Assembly: GCA_049652745.1 (NCBI GenBank)
Contig: JBASEY010000033.1
Span: forward strand, 20,159-84,158
From: a bacterium
GTDB taxonomy: Bacteria > CSSED10-310
Direction of reading: 5' to 3'
DNA: 64,000 nucleotides
The notes under the pieces are model-generated. The model made no database searches. It worked only from the letters and a program-made list of their open reading frames with translations, and was not told the origin of the DNA. Shown piece by piece: positions 56,640 through 64,000 of the stretch. Numbering within the stretch: position 1 is the first letter of the stretch; each line of letters begins with the position of its first letter. The position numbers were made by a program, and so were the translations under genes.

Positions 56640-56984
56640 ATGACTAATAAAAATGGGGAACGCCGACGTTCGGAAAGGTTGAAAACCATCAATCTGATCT
56701 CCTATAAGAGCAAATCGGCTGCCGGTGAAACGATTGCCGCCGGCATGGCTCAAACTGTTGATTTGTCTGAAAATGGGGTATTGGTCAAACTTCAACAGCC
56801 TTTAAACGATCCGCATACAGTGGAATTTGAGGTGGCTTTAGATGATGAAATTATTCTGTTATCAGGGCAAGTGATCGAACAGGTGCAAGCATCTGATGGG
56901 GTTTGGTTGATCCGTGCGGATTTCGGTGTCTTGCGGCCGTCGATACGGCATAAATTGGTCACTTTCATGATGAATCTTCGCTGA
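56640..56984 (+). CDS. Stand-alone PilZ-domain (c-di-GMP-binding) protein.
   Basis: The RxxxR motif is RRRSER. The D/NxSxxG motif is DLSENG, about 30 aa downstream. Confidence 0.65.
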   Translation: MTNKNGERRRSERLKTINLISYKSKSAAGETIAAGMAQTVDLSENGVLVKLQQPLNDPHTVEFEVALDDEIILLSGQVIEQVQASDGVWLIRADFGVLRPSIRHKLVTFMMNLR

Positions 56985-57086
56985 ATTAGTTATATAAAAC
57001 CATCATTTTCTATTGATTGTCTTGTATATAGCCCCGGTTTTATTATAAAATGGGCTATTAAGCAGCTGGAAAGGCAGAGAGCAAAA

Positions 57087-58739
57087 ATGAAAAGAATTAT
57101 TACCCTTATTTTAATGATATTAATGATTTCACTTTGTTCATATTATCCCGTAAAAGCTTTTTTCCGATTTTCATCCAACACCGTTGACGCTCCTGAAATT
57201 ACGCACCCGAAAAGTGGATCGCGTTACATTCCCGGTACTACTCCTCCGCGAATTGAATGGACGAAAGTGCCCGGCGCCATCGAATATGAGCTTCAACTTG
57301 CTCTGAACAGCGATTTCGATGAGCCGTTTTCTGTTTTTTTTGATGACTGCTTTTGGGACTTATCTGAACTGATTGCTCAGGAAATCTGGGATGATTTAAG
57401 TATTTATTTATTTATTCAAGTTCGAGCCATTCAGAAAAATCATCTTACGACTGAATGGTCTGAGCCGATCGAATTTGCGAAATCCGTCGCTTCAGCTCCA
57501 AAAATCCTGTCGCCTGTCGATGACGCACGGTTTTTGCCCCAAAAACCTATGCCCGTATTTAAATGGTCCTCGCCGGCTTTCATTCATCGATTTGCAATTG
57601 AATTTGCTTCCGATAAGTTTTTTATCAACTCTTTTGGTATTTTTGAGATCGATTCTTCCATTGTCGACTGCAACATTATGGGTGATCAGGAGTTATGGGA
57701 TCCATTTATCGGCACCTTTTATTGGCGGGTCTGGGGGTTAGAAAACGGTTGGGTGCCTACGCCGCCGACAGCGGCTTATCGTTTTTCCAAAACAGTCATG
57801 AACCCTCCAACTCTTCTCACACCGGAAGACCAAAGTCGCTACCCTGCATCAAGTGCTCTTCCGGTTTTTGAATGGAAACCGCTGGCGCACCATCCCAATG
57901 AGTATCATATTCAATTCGTTTATAATGATGATCCGTTCCCTGCCGGGGGAAGTTATATTTTAACAACCATACCGATATTCACATTTGATTCGGTCGGCAT
58001 TACCCAGGATATTTGGGATTCTTTTTATGGTACCTTGTACTGGCGTGTAGCTGGTCTTGATGAGTTTGGCAACCCTGGCGGCTTCAGCGATTCGTTCCGT
58101 TTATCAAAAATTGCCGCCTTGAATTATATGGCTTTTGGTGATTCGATTACCGGCGGATACGGCGCCTCCGATTTTGAAACCGGTTATGCAGGCTATCCTC
58201 GTCAACTTCAGCGAATGCTTCGGGAAACCCGATCAAATCAGATAAATGTCTTCTGTGAAAAAGACACTTCATGGTTTTCAGGCTGTCATGCCTATACCGG
58301 AAGCGAGAAAATTGGAAATGCAGTGAGAACCCATGGGCCGCAATATAGCTTAATAATGCTTGGAGTTGTTGATATTGTCGATCCAGGCGCTTCGGGTTGT
58401 GATCATAATGATTGTCATACAATTGAGCATTTGACGACTATAATCGATATCGTACGCAGTTATTATTCGATCCCCTTCCTTGCCACGCTTACACCTGTCA
58501 ATCCAGTCTCCACACGTGCTCATCTTCAGGATAAGATCGATAGATTAAATGATGAAATCCGTGACCTTGCCTTTTCGAAAGGCGTCACTCTGGTTGATCT
58601 CGATGAGGCATTTTTAGATGCATCTATGCCTCTTCCAAGCTACTTCACTTATGATCCGAAAACCAAGGAGCCGGACTGGGCGCATTTTAACGATTCCGGC
58701 TATTTGCTTATTGCGGAAACATGGTTAAATTATTTATAA
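57087..58739 (+). CDS. Secreted SGNH/GDSL hydrolase with three N-terminal ~90-aa beta-sandwich-like repeats.
   Basis: Signal peptide. Three repeats each end in a YWRV-type segment (IQVRAI, GTFYWRVWGL, GTLYWRVAGL). The C-terminal domain has GDSL in YMAFGDSITGG. The catalytic DxxH is in DWAHFND. Confidence 0.75.
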   Translation: MKRIITLILMILMISLCSYYPVKAFFRFSSNTVDAPEITHPKSGSRYIPGTTPPRIEWTKVPGAIEYELQLALNSDFDEPFSVFFDDCFWDLSELIAQEIWDDLSIYLFIQVRAIQKNHLTTEWSEPIEFAKSVASAPKILSPVDDARFLPQKPMPVFKWSSPAFIHRFAIEFASDKFFINSFGIFEIDSSIVDCNIMGDQELWDPFIGTFYWRVWGLENGWVPTPPTAAYRFSKTVMNPPTLLTPEDQSRYPASSALPVFEWKPLAHHPNEYHIQFVYNDDPFPAGGSYILTTIPIFTFDSVGITQDIWDSFYGTLYWRVAGLDEFGNPGGFSDSFRLSKIAALNYMAFGDSITGGYGASDFETGYAGYPRQLQRMLRETRSNQINVFCEKDTSWFSGCHAYTGSEKIGNAVRTHGPQYSLIMLGVVDIVDPGASGCDHNDCHTIEHLTTIIDIVRSYYSIPFLATLTPVNPVSTRAHLQDKIDRLNDEIRDLAFSKGVTLVDLDEAFLDASMPLPSYFTYDPKTKEPDWAHFNDSGYLLIAETWLNYL

Positions 58740-58776
58740 AGGCAGTAATGTATGCAATGACGAAATCTAGTAGGTT

Positions 58777-61212
58777 TTGGGGTCAAGGTTGAAAAAAAAC
58801 AAACGCAAAGCCAAAAACAGCAGGGTGGATTCACCAAAAAGATCTTTTTTGAAGTTCAGTTTTGACACCTTTTCGACTTTTTTTAAATCGCGCCTTTTCT
58901 TTGAATCTTTAGGCATTATATTAATCAGTTTAAGTGTATTTCTGGCCATTGGGCTGGCAACTCTGCGAATAGATAACAATAATATCCCTTTTAGCCGATG
59001 TGGCCATGCCGGGGCGCTGTTGGCTAAGTTTCTTATTACCGCTTCAGGCCTCTTATCTATATCCTTCCCCCTTTTTTTAGCTACGGTGGGAATAATTTTT
59101 TTCAGGTTTAGACAGATCGAGCATAAGCTGCTCAGACTGGTCGGATTCGTTTTTTTCCTTTTCGCCGGCACTGCATTGCTCAGTCACCAGCTTTCCATTT
59201 CTCCTTTTTGGAAAGATATTCCTCATTCGGCCGGTGGATGGCTTGGTGATCTTTTTGTGCTGCCTTTAAACAAACATTTAGATTATTTGGGCACCACATT
59301 GACTCTGATCACATTGATTTTAATTGCCGTTACTTTCTTAACCGGAATTTCTTACTATAGAATTTTGTCTCGAGTTTGCTCAAATACAATCAAGGGATTC
59401 AATTCACTGGCAATAGGGCTTAAACAACGGCTGAACCGATGGATGAACTATCGTAAAAAAATGCGTAGACTTAAGATTAAACAAAAATTACTCGAATCAT
59501 CCCTCGACGCAGAAAAAAAGAGCGAACGTAAAACACATGATGAAGCCCAGCAGGAGCTTTCAAGCGTGCCTGAAAAGCCAATCGATGTATCCGAAGCGGC
59601 GACGAGTCCGAGTGAAATCATACCAATACACATCAACGACTCATACAATGTGACTACTCCTGAAGTGAATTCAATATCTCCGCAAAAGATATCGGCTGAT
59701 CACCATATGGAATCACCGAAATCTCCTTTCACCCGAACCCTGGAGTATGAGTATCCAGACATAATGATGTTGAAGAATCAGCCGGAAGCCGGCGAAAAGG
59801 AAACCTACGACGAGCTGGTTGCCAAATCTGAAAAACTTCTTAGAAAATTGAATGAATTCAGTATAGATGGTCGGATTACGGAGATTTGCCCTGGCCCTAT
59901 CATTACGCGATATGAATTTGAGCCTGCTCCGGGAATAAAAATTTCAAAAGTGATCACTCTTTCGGATGATCTAGCGTTGGGAATGCGCTCCCGCTTTGGT
60001 CTTCGCGTGGTGCCTATACCTGGAAAATCAGCGCTTGGCATTGAAATACCCAATCAGAGCAGAGAGTTGGTCAATCTGAAAGAAATTTTATTATCTGAAG
60101 AATTTCAAATAGAGAAAACCAAGTCTTTGTTGAGCTTGCCTTTAGGCAGAGACACTGCCGGGAAACCCTATATCAGCGATTTGAAACGAATGCCGCATTT
60201 ATTGATCGCCGGCGCAACGGGTTCCGGTAAAAGTGTTTGTATAAACACAATTCTTGCAGGTCTTCTATTCATTACCAGGCCGTCTGAGCTGCGATTTCTT
60301 TTAATTGATCCAAAAATGCTTGAATTAAGTGATTTCAATGGGATACCTCATCTGCGCGAGCCTGTCATCACCGATCCCAAAATTACACCCGATGCTCTGA
60401 ACTGGGCTGTATCCGAGATGGAACGTCGCTACCGTTTACTCGCGGATGAAAAAGTCAGAAACATCGATCAATTCAATGCCAGAGTTACCTCTCCTCAATA
60501 TGAGGGTGAAAATGAGTCTCTTCCTTATCTGGTTATCGTTATTGATGAGTTGGCGGATTTAATGTTGACGGCAGCCTCCACAATCGAAGACGCGATTCAG
60601 CGCCTGGCGCAAATGGCTAGAGCGGCAGGTATACATTTAATTATAGCAACTCAGCGGCCTTCTGTTGACGTCATTACAGGTGTAATCAAGGCTAATCTAC
60701 CTTGCAGACTGGCATTTCAGGTCGCATCAAAAGTTGATTCCCGGACAATTTTGGACACGGTTGGCGCCGAAAAACTGATCGGCCTAGGAGACTGTATCTT
60801 CATGCCTCCAGGAACCTCACAGTTGTTGCGCCTTCATGGCGCTTATATCAGTGAGTCGGAGATCAAACGTTTGGTTGAACATTTAAAACAGCAACCCTCA
60901 GATGAGCTTGATGAAGAATCCATTTTCAAATCGGTTGAAAGCGCCGAAGACGATTTGGAGGGTACGGATGACCCGCTGTATAATGATGCGGTACGGCTTG
61001 TTTTATCTTCCGGAGTCGCTTCGATCTCGATGCTCCAAAGGCGTTTGAGAATAGGCCACAGCAGAGCGTCCAGGTTGATTGACTTTATGGAATTATCCGG
61101 AATTGTAGGCCCGCATATCGGATCGAAGACCCGCGATATATTGGTCGATCCGGATGAATATCTAGGACGTCTCGACGACATTGAGGAATCAGGTATTAAT
61201 GATCAAATTTAA
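58777..61212 (+). CDS. ftsK: DNA translocase FtsK/SpoIIIE.
   Basis: There are 4-5 N-terminal TM helices and a linker. The motor Walker A is LIAGATGSGKSVCIN. Walker B is LVIVIDELADL. The gamma domain is RRLRIGHSRASRLIDFMELSGIV. The TTG start is uncertain. Confidence 0.85.
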   Translation: MGSRLKKNKRKAKNSRVDSPKRSFLKFSFDTFSTFFKSRLFFESLGIILISLSVFLAIGLATLRIDNNNIPFSRCGHAGALLAKFLITASGLLSISFPLFLATVGIIFFRFRQIEHKLLRLVGFVFFLFAGTALLSHQLSISPFWKDIPHSAGGWLGDLFVLPLNKHLDYLGTTLTLITLILIAVTFLTGISYYRILSRVCSNTIKGFNSLAIGLKQRLNRWMNYRKKMRRLKIKQKLLESSLDAEKKSERKTHDEAQQELSSVPEKPIDVSEAATSPSEIIPIHINDSYNVTTPEVNSISPQKISADHHMESPKSPFTRTLEYEYPDIMMLKNQPEAGEKETYDELVAKSEKLLRKLNEFSIDGRITEICPGPIITRYEFEPAPGIKISKVITLSDDLALGMRSRFGLRVVPIPGKSALGIEIPNQSRELVNLKEILLSEEFQIEKTKSLLSLPLGRDTAGKPYISDLKRMPHLLIAGATGSGKSVCINTILAGLLFITRPSELRFLLIDPKMLELSDFNGIPHLREPVITDPKITPDALNWAVSEMERRYRLLADEKVRNIDQFNARVTSPQYEGENESLPYLVIVIDELADLMLTAASTIEDAIQRLAQMARAAGIHLIIATQRPSVDVITGVIKANLPCRLAFQVASKVDSRTILDTVGAEKLIGLGDCIFMPPGTSQLLRLHGAYISESEIKRLVEHLKQQPSDELDEESIFKSVESAEDDLEGTDDPLYNDAVRLVLSSGVASISMLQRRLRIGHSRASRLIDFMELSGIVGPHIGSKTRDILVDPDEYLGRLDDIEESGINDQI

Positions 61213-61876
61213 TGAGATAATAAAACATCTTCTTTTTTGTTCGATTTTTATATTAGCCCCGACTGCTCAGCAAACCTCACCACCGGATAGATTGAGTGGT
61301 CTCGTGGAAAAACTTAACACATATCAGGCGTATAGTTTAACTTTTAAACAAGCAAATCAACATATGTCGACTGGTATGGAGAAAAAAGCGGAAGGTCTTT
61401 TGTTCATTCAGAAACCTGATCGCTTTGAGTGGATTTACAGTAGCGAGCCGCAAAACAAAATAATTTGTGATGGATATCACATCATGATGCTGCTGCCTGA
61501 TACCCAACAAGCGATGATCGACAAATCCGCCGAGCATGCCGTTATCTGGTCGCCCTTGGCAATACTCACGCCTTCAAACTTAAATACGCATTTTCGAGTT
61601 GTCTTACTGGACAACTCGGATTTTTCCAGCAGGTATCGGCTGTACCCATTGAGAAACGACCAGCCTTATGAATATGTAGAAGTGATAATTTATGAAGCTT
61701 CCGCTGAAAAGTTTTTCAGTCTGGTCATCATGGATCTGGCGGGAAGCGTAAATACTTTGGATTTCGGGGCTCTAGTTATTTCGGAAGAGCCAAAATTGAT
61801 TGTATTACCTCCAGTTCCAGATAATTTTGATGTAACGGATTTTTATGGTAACCCCCAAAATTTCAGCATTTTTTAG
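61181..61876 (+). CDS. lolA: Outer-membrane lipoprotein carrier protein LolA.
   Basis: A signal peptide and the LolA-like core LFIQKPDRFEWIY...KIICDGYHIMML. The conserved ftsK-lolA synteny supports the call. Confidence 0.65.
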   Translation: MRNQVLMIKFNEIIKHLLFCSIFILAPTAQQTSPPDRLSGLVEKLNTYQAYSLTFKQANQHMSTGMEKKAEGLLFIQKPDRFEWIYSSEPQNKIICDGYHIMMLLPDTQQAMIDKSAEHAVIWSPLAILTPSNLNTHFRVVLLDNSDFSSRYRLYPLRNDQPYEYVEVIIYEASAEKFFSLVIMDLAGSVNTLDFGALVISEEPKLIVLPPVPDNFDVTDFYGNPQNFSIF

Positions 61877-61889
61877 AGGAGCCTTCTCA

Positions 61890-62543
61890 GTGGAAAAATC
61901 GTTTCCGAAATATGCATTATTTTGTGCTTCGCTTTTATTGCTGTTTGGCTGTATTAGGCCACGTTATTTCACGACACCTCAGGATACGGTGTACCAGCTT
62001 GCCGATTATGAGATTGCGTTGCGTCATTGGGGCATGCATGACGAAATCCATCAACGGTTCATCAGTCTAGCCGATGGATATGCAGTTTATCTAGGATGGG
62101 AAGTGCGCCAAGCATTTATCAATGCGGTACGCGACCGACTGAATCCTAGGCTCGAATCGCTGGATAAAATAGTTGAGCGGAATATTCGCCAGTTTGAAAA
62201 TGGGCATGAGTTTTATTTGGGACTTTACTGTTATCAAAAAGAATGGTGCAGACTCAGCGGTGAAGACCCTGTTTGGAATCTGACCCTGGAAAACAATCGA
62301 GGGGTGAAAATGCGCCCTCTTTTAGTTGAAGAAGTGGATATTTCACCAGATCAAGCCTGGATGTTTCCTGAAGAGATGACAACTGGTAAGACGATTTTCA
62401 GAGTCGTTTTTCCGAAAACTGATCCAGCGGATCAGCCGATAATTGACTCGCAAACAAGTTTTTTTATCCTAAAATGCCATTCTTTACTTGGCAAGTTGGA
62501 ATTTAAATGGAAATTAGAACCGATTCCAGATAAATTCAAATAG
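61890..62543 (+). CDS. Hypothetical lipoprotein.
   Basis: The GTG at 61890 lies 9 nt after AGGAG. The signal with lipobox is KYALFCASLLLLFGC. The track's upstream start would overlap lolA. Confidence 0.5.
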   Translation: MEKSFPKYALFCASLLLLFGCIRPRYFTTPQDTVYQLADYEIALRHWGMHDEIHQRFISLADGYAVYLGWEVRQAFINAVRDRLNPRLESLDKIVERNIRQFENGHEFYLGLYCYQKEWCRLSGEDPVWNLTLENNRGVKMRPLLVEEVDISPDQAWMFPEEMTTGKTIFRVVFPKTDPADQPIIDSQTSFFILKCHSLLGKLEFKWKLEPIPDKFK

Positions 62544-62556
62544 TGATCCATCACGC

Positions 62557-63981
62557 CTAATTTTGTAAAGATAGAGCTGGTATTCGATTCCACGGGTATC
62601 TATCGAACCACCTCCGTGGATGGATGAGTTTATAGTTAATTTTACCGTTCAGCATTTCAATACCCAGTGATAGTCCATGGAATTTTACATACAAAATTCC
62701 TGTTTTTGCCGATTGAGATAAGCTCAGTTTGGCCTTGACATCCAACTGCTCGCCTTTCAGGTCGAGATTGTCTATTCCAAAACCATTCCTGTCTAGAATG
62801 ATAAACCCTTCACCGCGAATGTTTTCAATCATAAATATATCACCCAACGAGCTGATTATTCGATTTCTATCCTCGAACATCGTAAGTATCGGGCCGGTAT
62901 CCCTCATCTTCAAATCCAGCAAGCCGGCAAATTCAATAGGTTTTCCGAAAACCAACTCACCTTGAATTGCCTCAAGCCCAATCCACCAATCCGGATCGGC
63001 ATTCATCTCAACACTGTCGACATGATCAAGAGAAATTATCGTGTCGGCAATGTCGAATCTACCGGATAATACATTTTTGCTGTTCAGCTCCAAACGGATT
63101 TCAGGATCACCTTTGAAACGCGTCTCCATCAAAGCGAACTCCGTCTTTCGGCCGGAAATGTTCAAACGGGATTTTCCGGCACCGTTTTCAATATTCACAT
63201 CAGCTTGTATGCGACCTGGTGTTCCGGGAAAAATAAAAAAACCTGAACGTTTTGGTAGAAAATCATTGATTATGCTTAAATCCGGAATCGTTGAATCTGG
63301 GATATTAAACTTAATCTCTAAATTGGAAAATCCACGATTCAAGTCTACCAGTAAGCTGGATGCATAAACAGTGAAAGGCTTTATGCCAAAGCCTTCAGAA
63401 ACCATTCCATCAGCTAGGAGAGTGACTTTATGTAATTTCAGACTGGATGAATCCAATTGTAATTTCGCGTCGCCTTGTATATTTTCAAAATGAATTAAAT
63501 CGTCAAACCAATGTTTTTTGTTATTTAAAAAAATATCTATCAAAGGTTGAGAGTGAGATAATGTGACTTGCACGGCGCTGTTTAAATGTATGACATCATC
63601 CCATACCATTTCGGTATCTGAGATAATTATTCCCGCGCTCCATGAATCCCGCTCCTTCGCGCTTGTAGGTGGGTGATGCATGTTATCGATATGCAATTCT
63701 GTATCTTCCAGGTGGATTCGACGAAATGTCGGATCATCGGTTTTCATGATGGTCCTAAATTGGCAATTACCTTTGAAGGTTTCACCACCTAGATTTAAAC
63801 CAATTTCTTTGCCTGCCAAGGTCAACTCAACTTGGCTCAGTCGGTTTGTAATTTCGGCATGTGTGGCCAGTGACCCATAGCCGCCGGGAATGATTTTGAA
63901 ACCCGAACTCGGCGGAAACAACTCGTTATATTTGCTAAGATCATCTATTGCCGTTTCGATTATATCCAATTCAACAGCCAT
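62557..63981 (-). CDS. Hypothetical protein with no recognisable motif.
   Basis: A long minus-strand ORF lies at the window edge. The annotated start is 63981 and the remaining 19 nt give no further context. Confidence 0.4.
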   Translation of the reverse strand: MAVELDIIETAIDDLSKYNELFPPSSGFKIIPGGYGSLATHAEITNRLSQVELTLAGKEIGLNLGGETFKGNCQFRTIMKTDDPTFRRIHLEDTELHIDNMHHPPTSAKERDSWSAGIIISDTEMVWDDVIHLNSAVQVTLSHSQPLIDIFLNNKKHWFDDLIHFENIQGDAKLQLDSSSLKLHKVTLLADGMVSEGFGIKPFTVYASSLLVDLNRGFSNLEIKFNIPDSTIPDLSIINDFLPKRSGFFIFPGTPGRIQADVNIENGAGKSRLNISGRKTEFALMETRFKGDPEIRLELNSKNVLSGRFDIADTIISLDHVDSVEMNADPDWWIGLEAIQGELVFGKPIEFAGLLDLKMRDTGPILTMFEDRNRIISSLGDIFMIENIRGEGFIILDRNGFGIDNLDLKGEQLDVKAKLSLSQSAKTGILYVKFHGLSLGIEMLNGKINYKLIHPRRWFDRYPWNRIPALSLQN

Positions 63982-64000
63982 CTCTGGTGAGTCCTCGGTC

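Noticed and set aside
1-64000. A CRISPR array or other regularly spaced direct repeats.
   Set aside because: No series of 25-40-nt direct repeats with regular spacers was seen anywhere. The only tandem repeats are in-frame linker or domain repeats inside CDSs.

Overview
This 64-kb window comes from a diderm (LPS-making) bacterium, GC about 48%. TTG and GTG start codons are frequent and many genes overlap their neighbours by 4 nt (ATGA/TTGA junctions). Gene density is high and most calls are firm. I found no transposase, integrase or CRISPR array.

Gene layout:
- 1-8.6 kb, accessory surface cluster: two tandem paralogous Cys-rich PPC-like secreted proteins share a conserved ~215-aa C-terminal domain followed by a short hydrophobic anchor-like tail (S-P-[TV]-G, a transmembrane helix, then LRK). 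Next come a CRTAC1/ASPIC-UnbV FG-GAP beta-propeller protein and a subtilisin-like peptidase carrying a tandem dockerin module.
- 8.6-12.2 kb: a hexapeptide-repeat sugar N-acetyltransferase, two small secreted or lipoprotein unknowns, and a UDP-sugar dehydrogenase.
- 12.5-21.5 kb: housekeeping cutA, smpB and pgk, an orphan larC, and a very large NtrY-like histidine kinase paired with a sigma-54 NtrC/NtrX-type regulator.
- 21.5-24 kb: a translationally coupled B12-binding radical-SAM enzyme and class-I SAM methyltransferase, divergent from the LPS operon.
- 24.2-32.9 kb: one plus-strand operon of hldA-like heptose kinase, kdsB, pyrG, lpxL, lapB, a TPR protein and mutS.
- 32.9-43.6 kb: a 12-gene minus-strand lipid A and core operon of GNAT, two GT4 genes, ycaR/Trm112, an SDR epimerase, a signal-anchored unknown, rfaF, a second lpxL-family gene, lpxK, waaA and lpxB.
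- 43.65 kb: tRNA-Lys(CUU), immediately followed by a 1668-aa FG-GAP, Ig-like and FN3 surface protein.
- 49-64 kb: thpR, recA, pilT, alaS, a J-domain/TPR protein, an orphan ABC ATPase, a PilZ protein, a GDSL hydrolase with three N-terminal repeats, ftsK, lolA and a lipoprotein.

The most novel candidates are the 0-8.6 kb surface cluster (an unclassified sorting-signal-like tail plus a dockerin-bearing peptidase) and the B12-rSAM/methyltransferase pair beside the Kdo/heptose genes.
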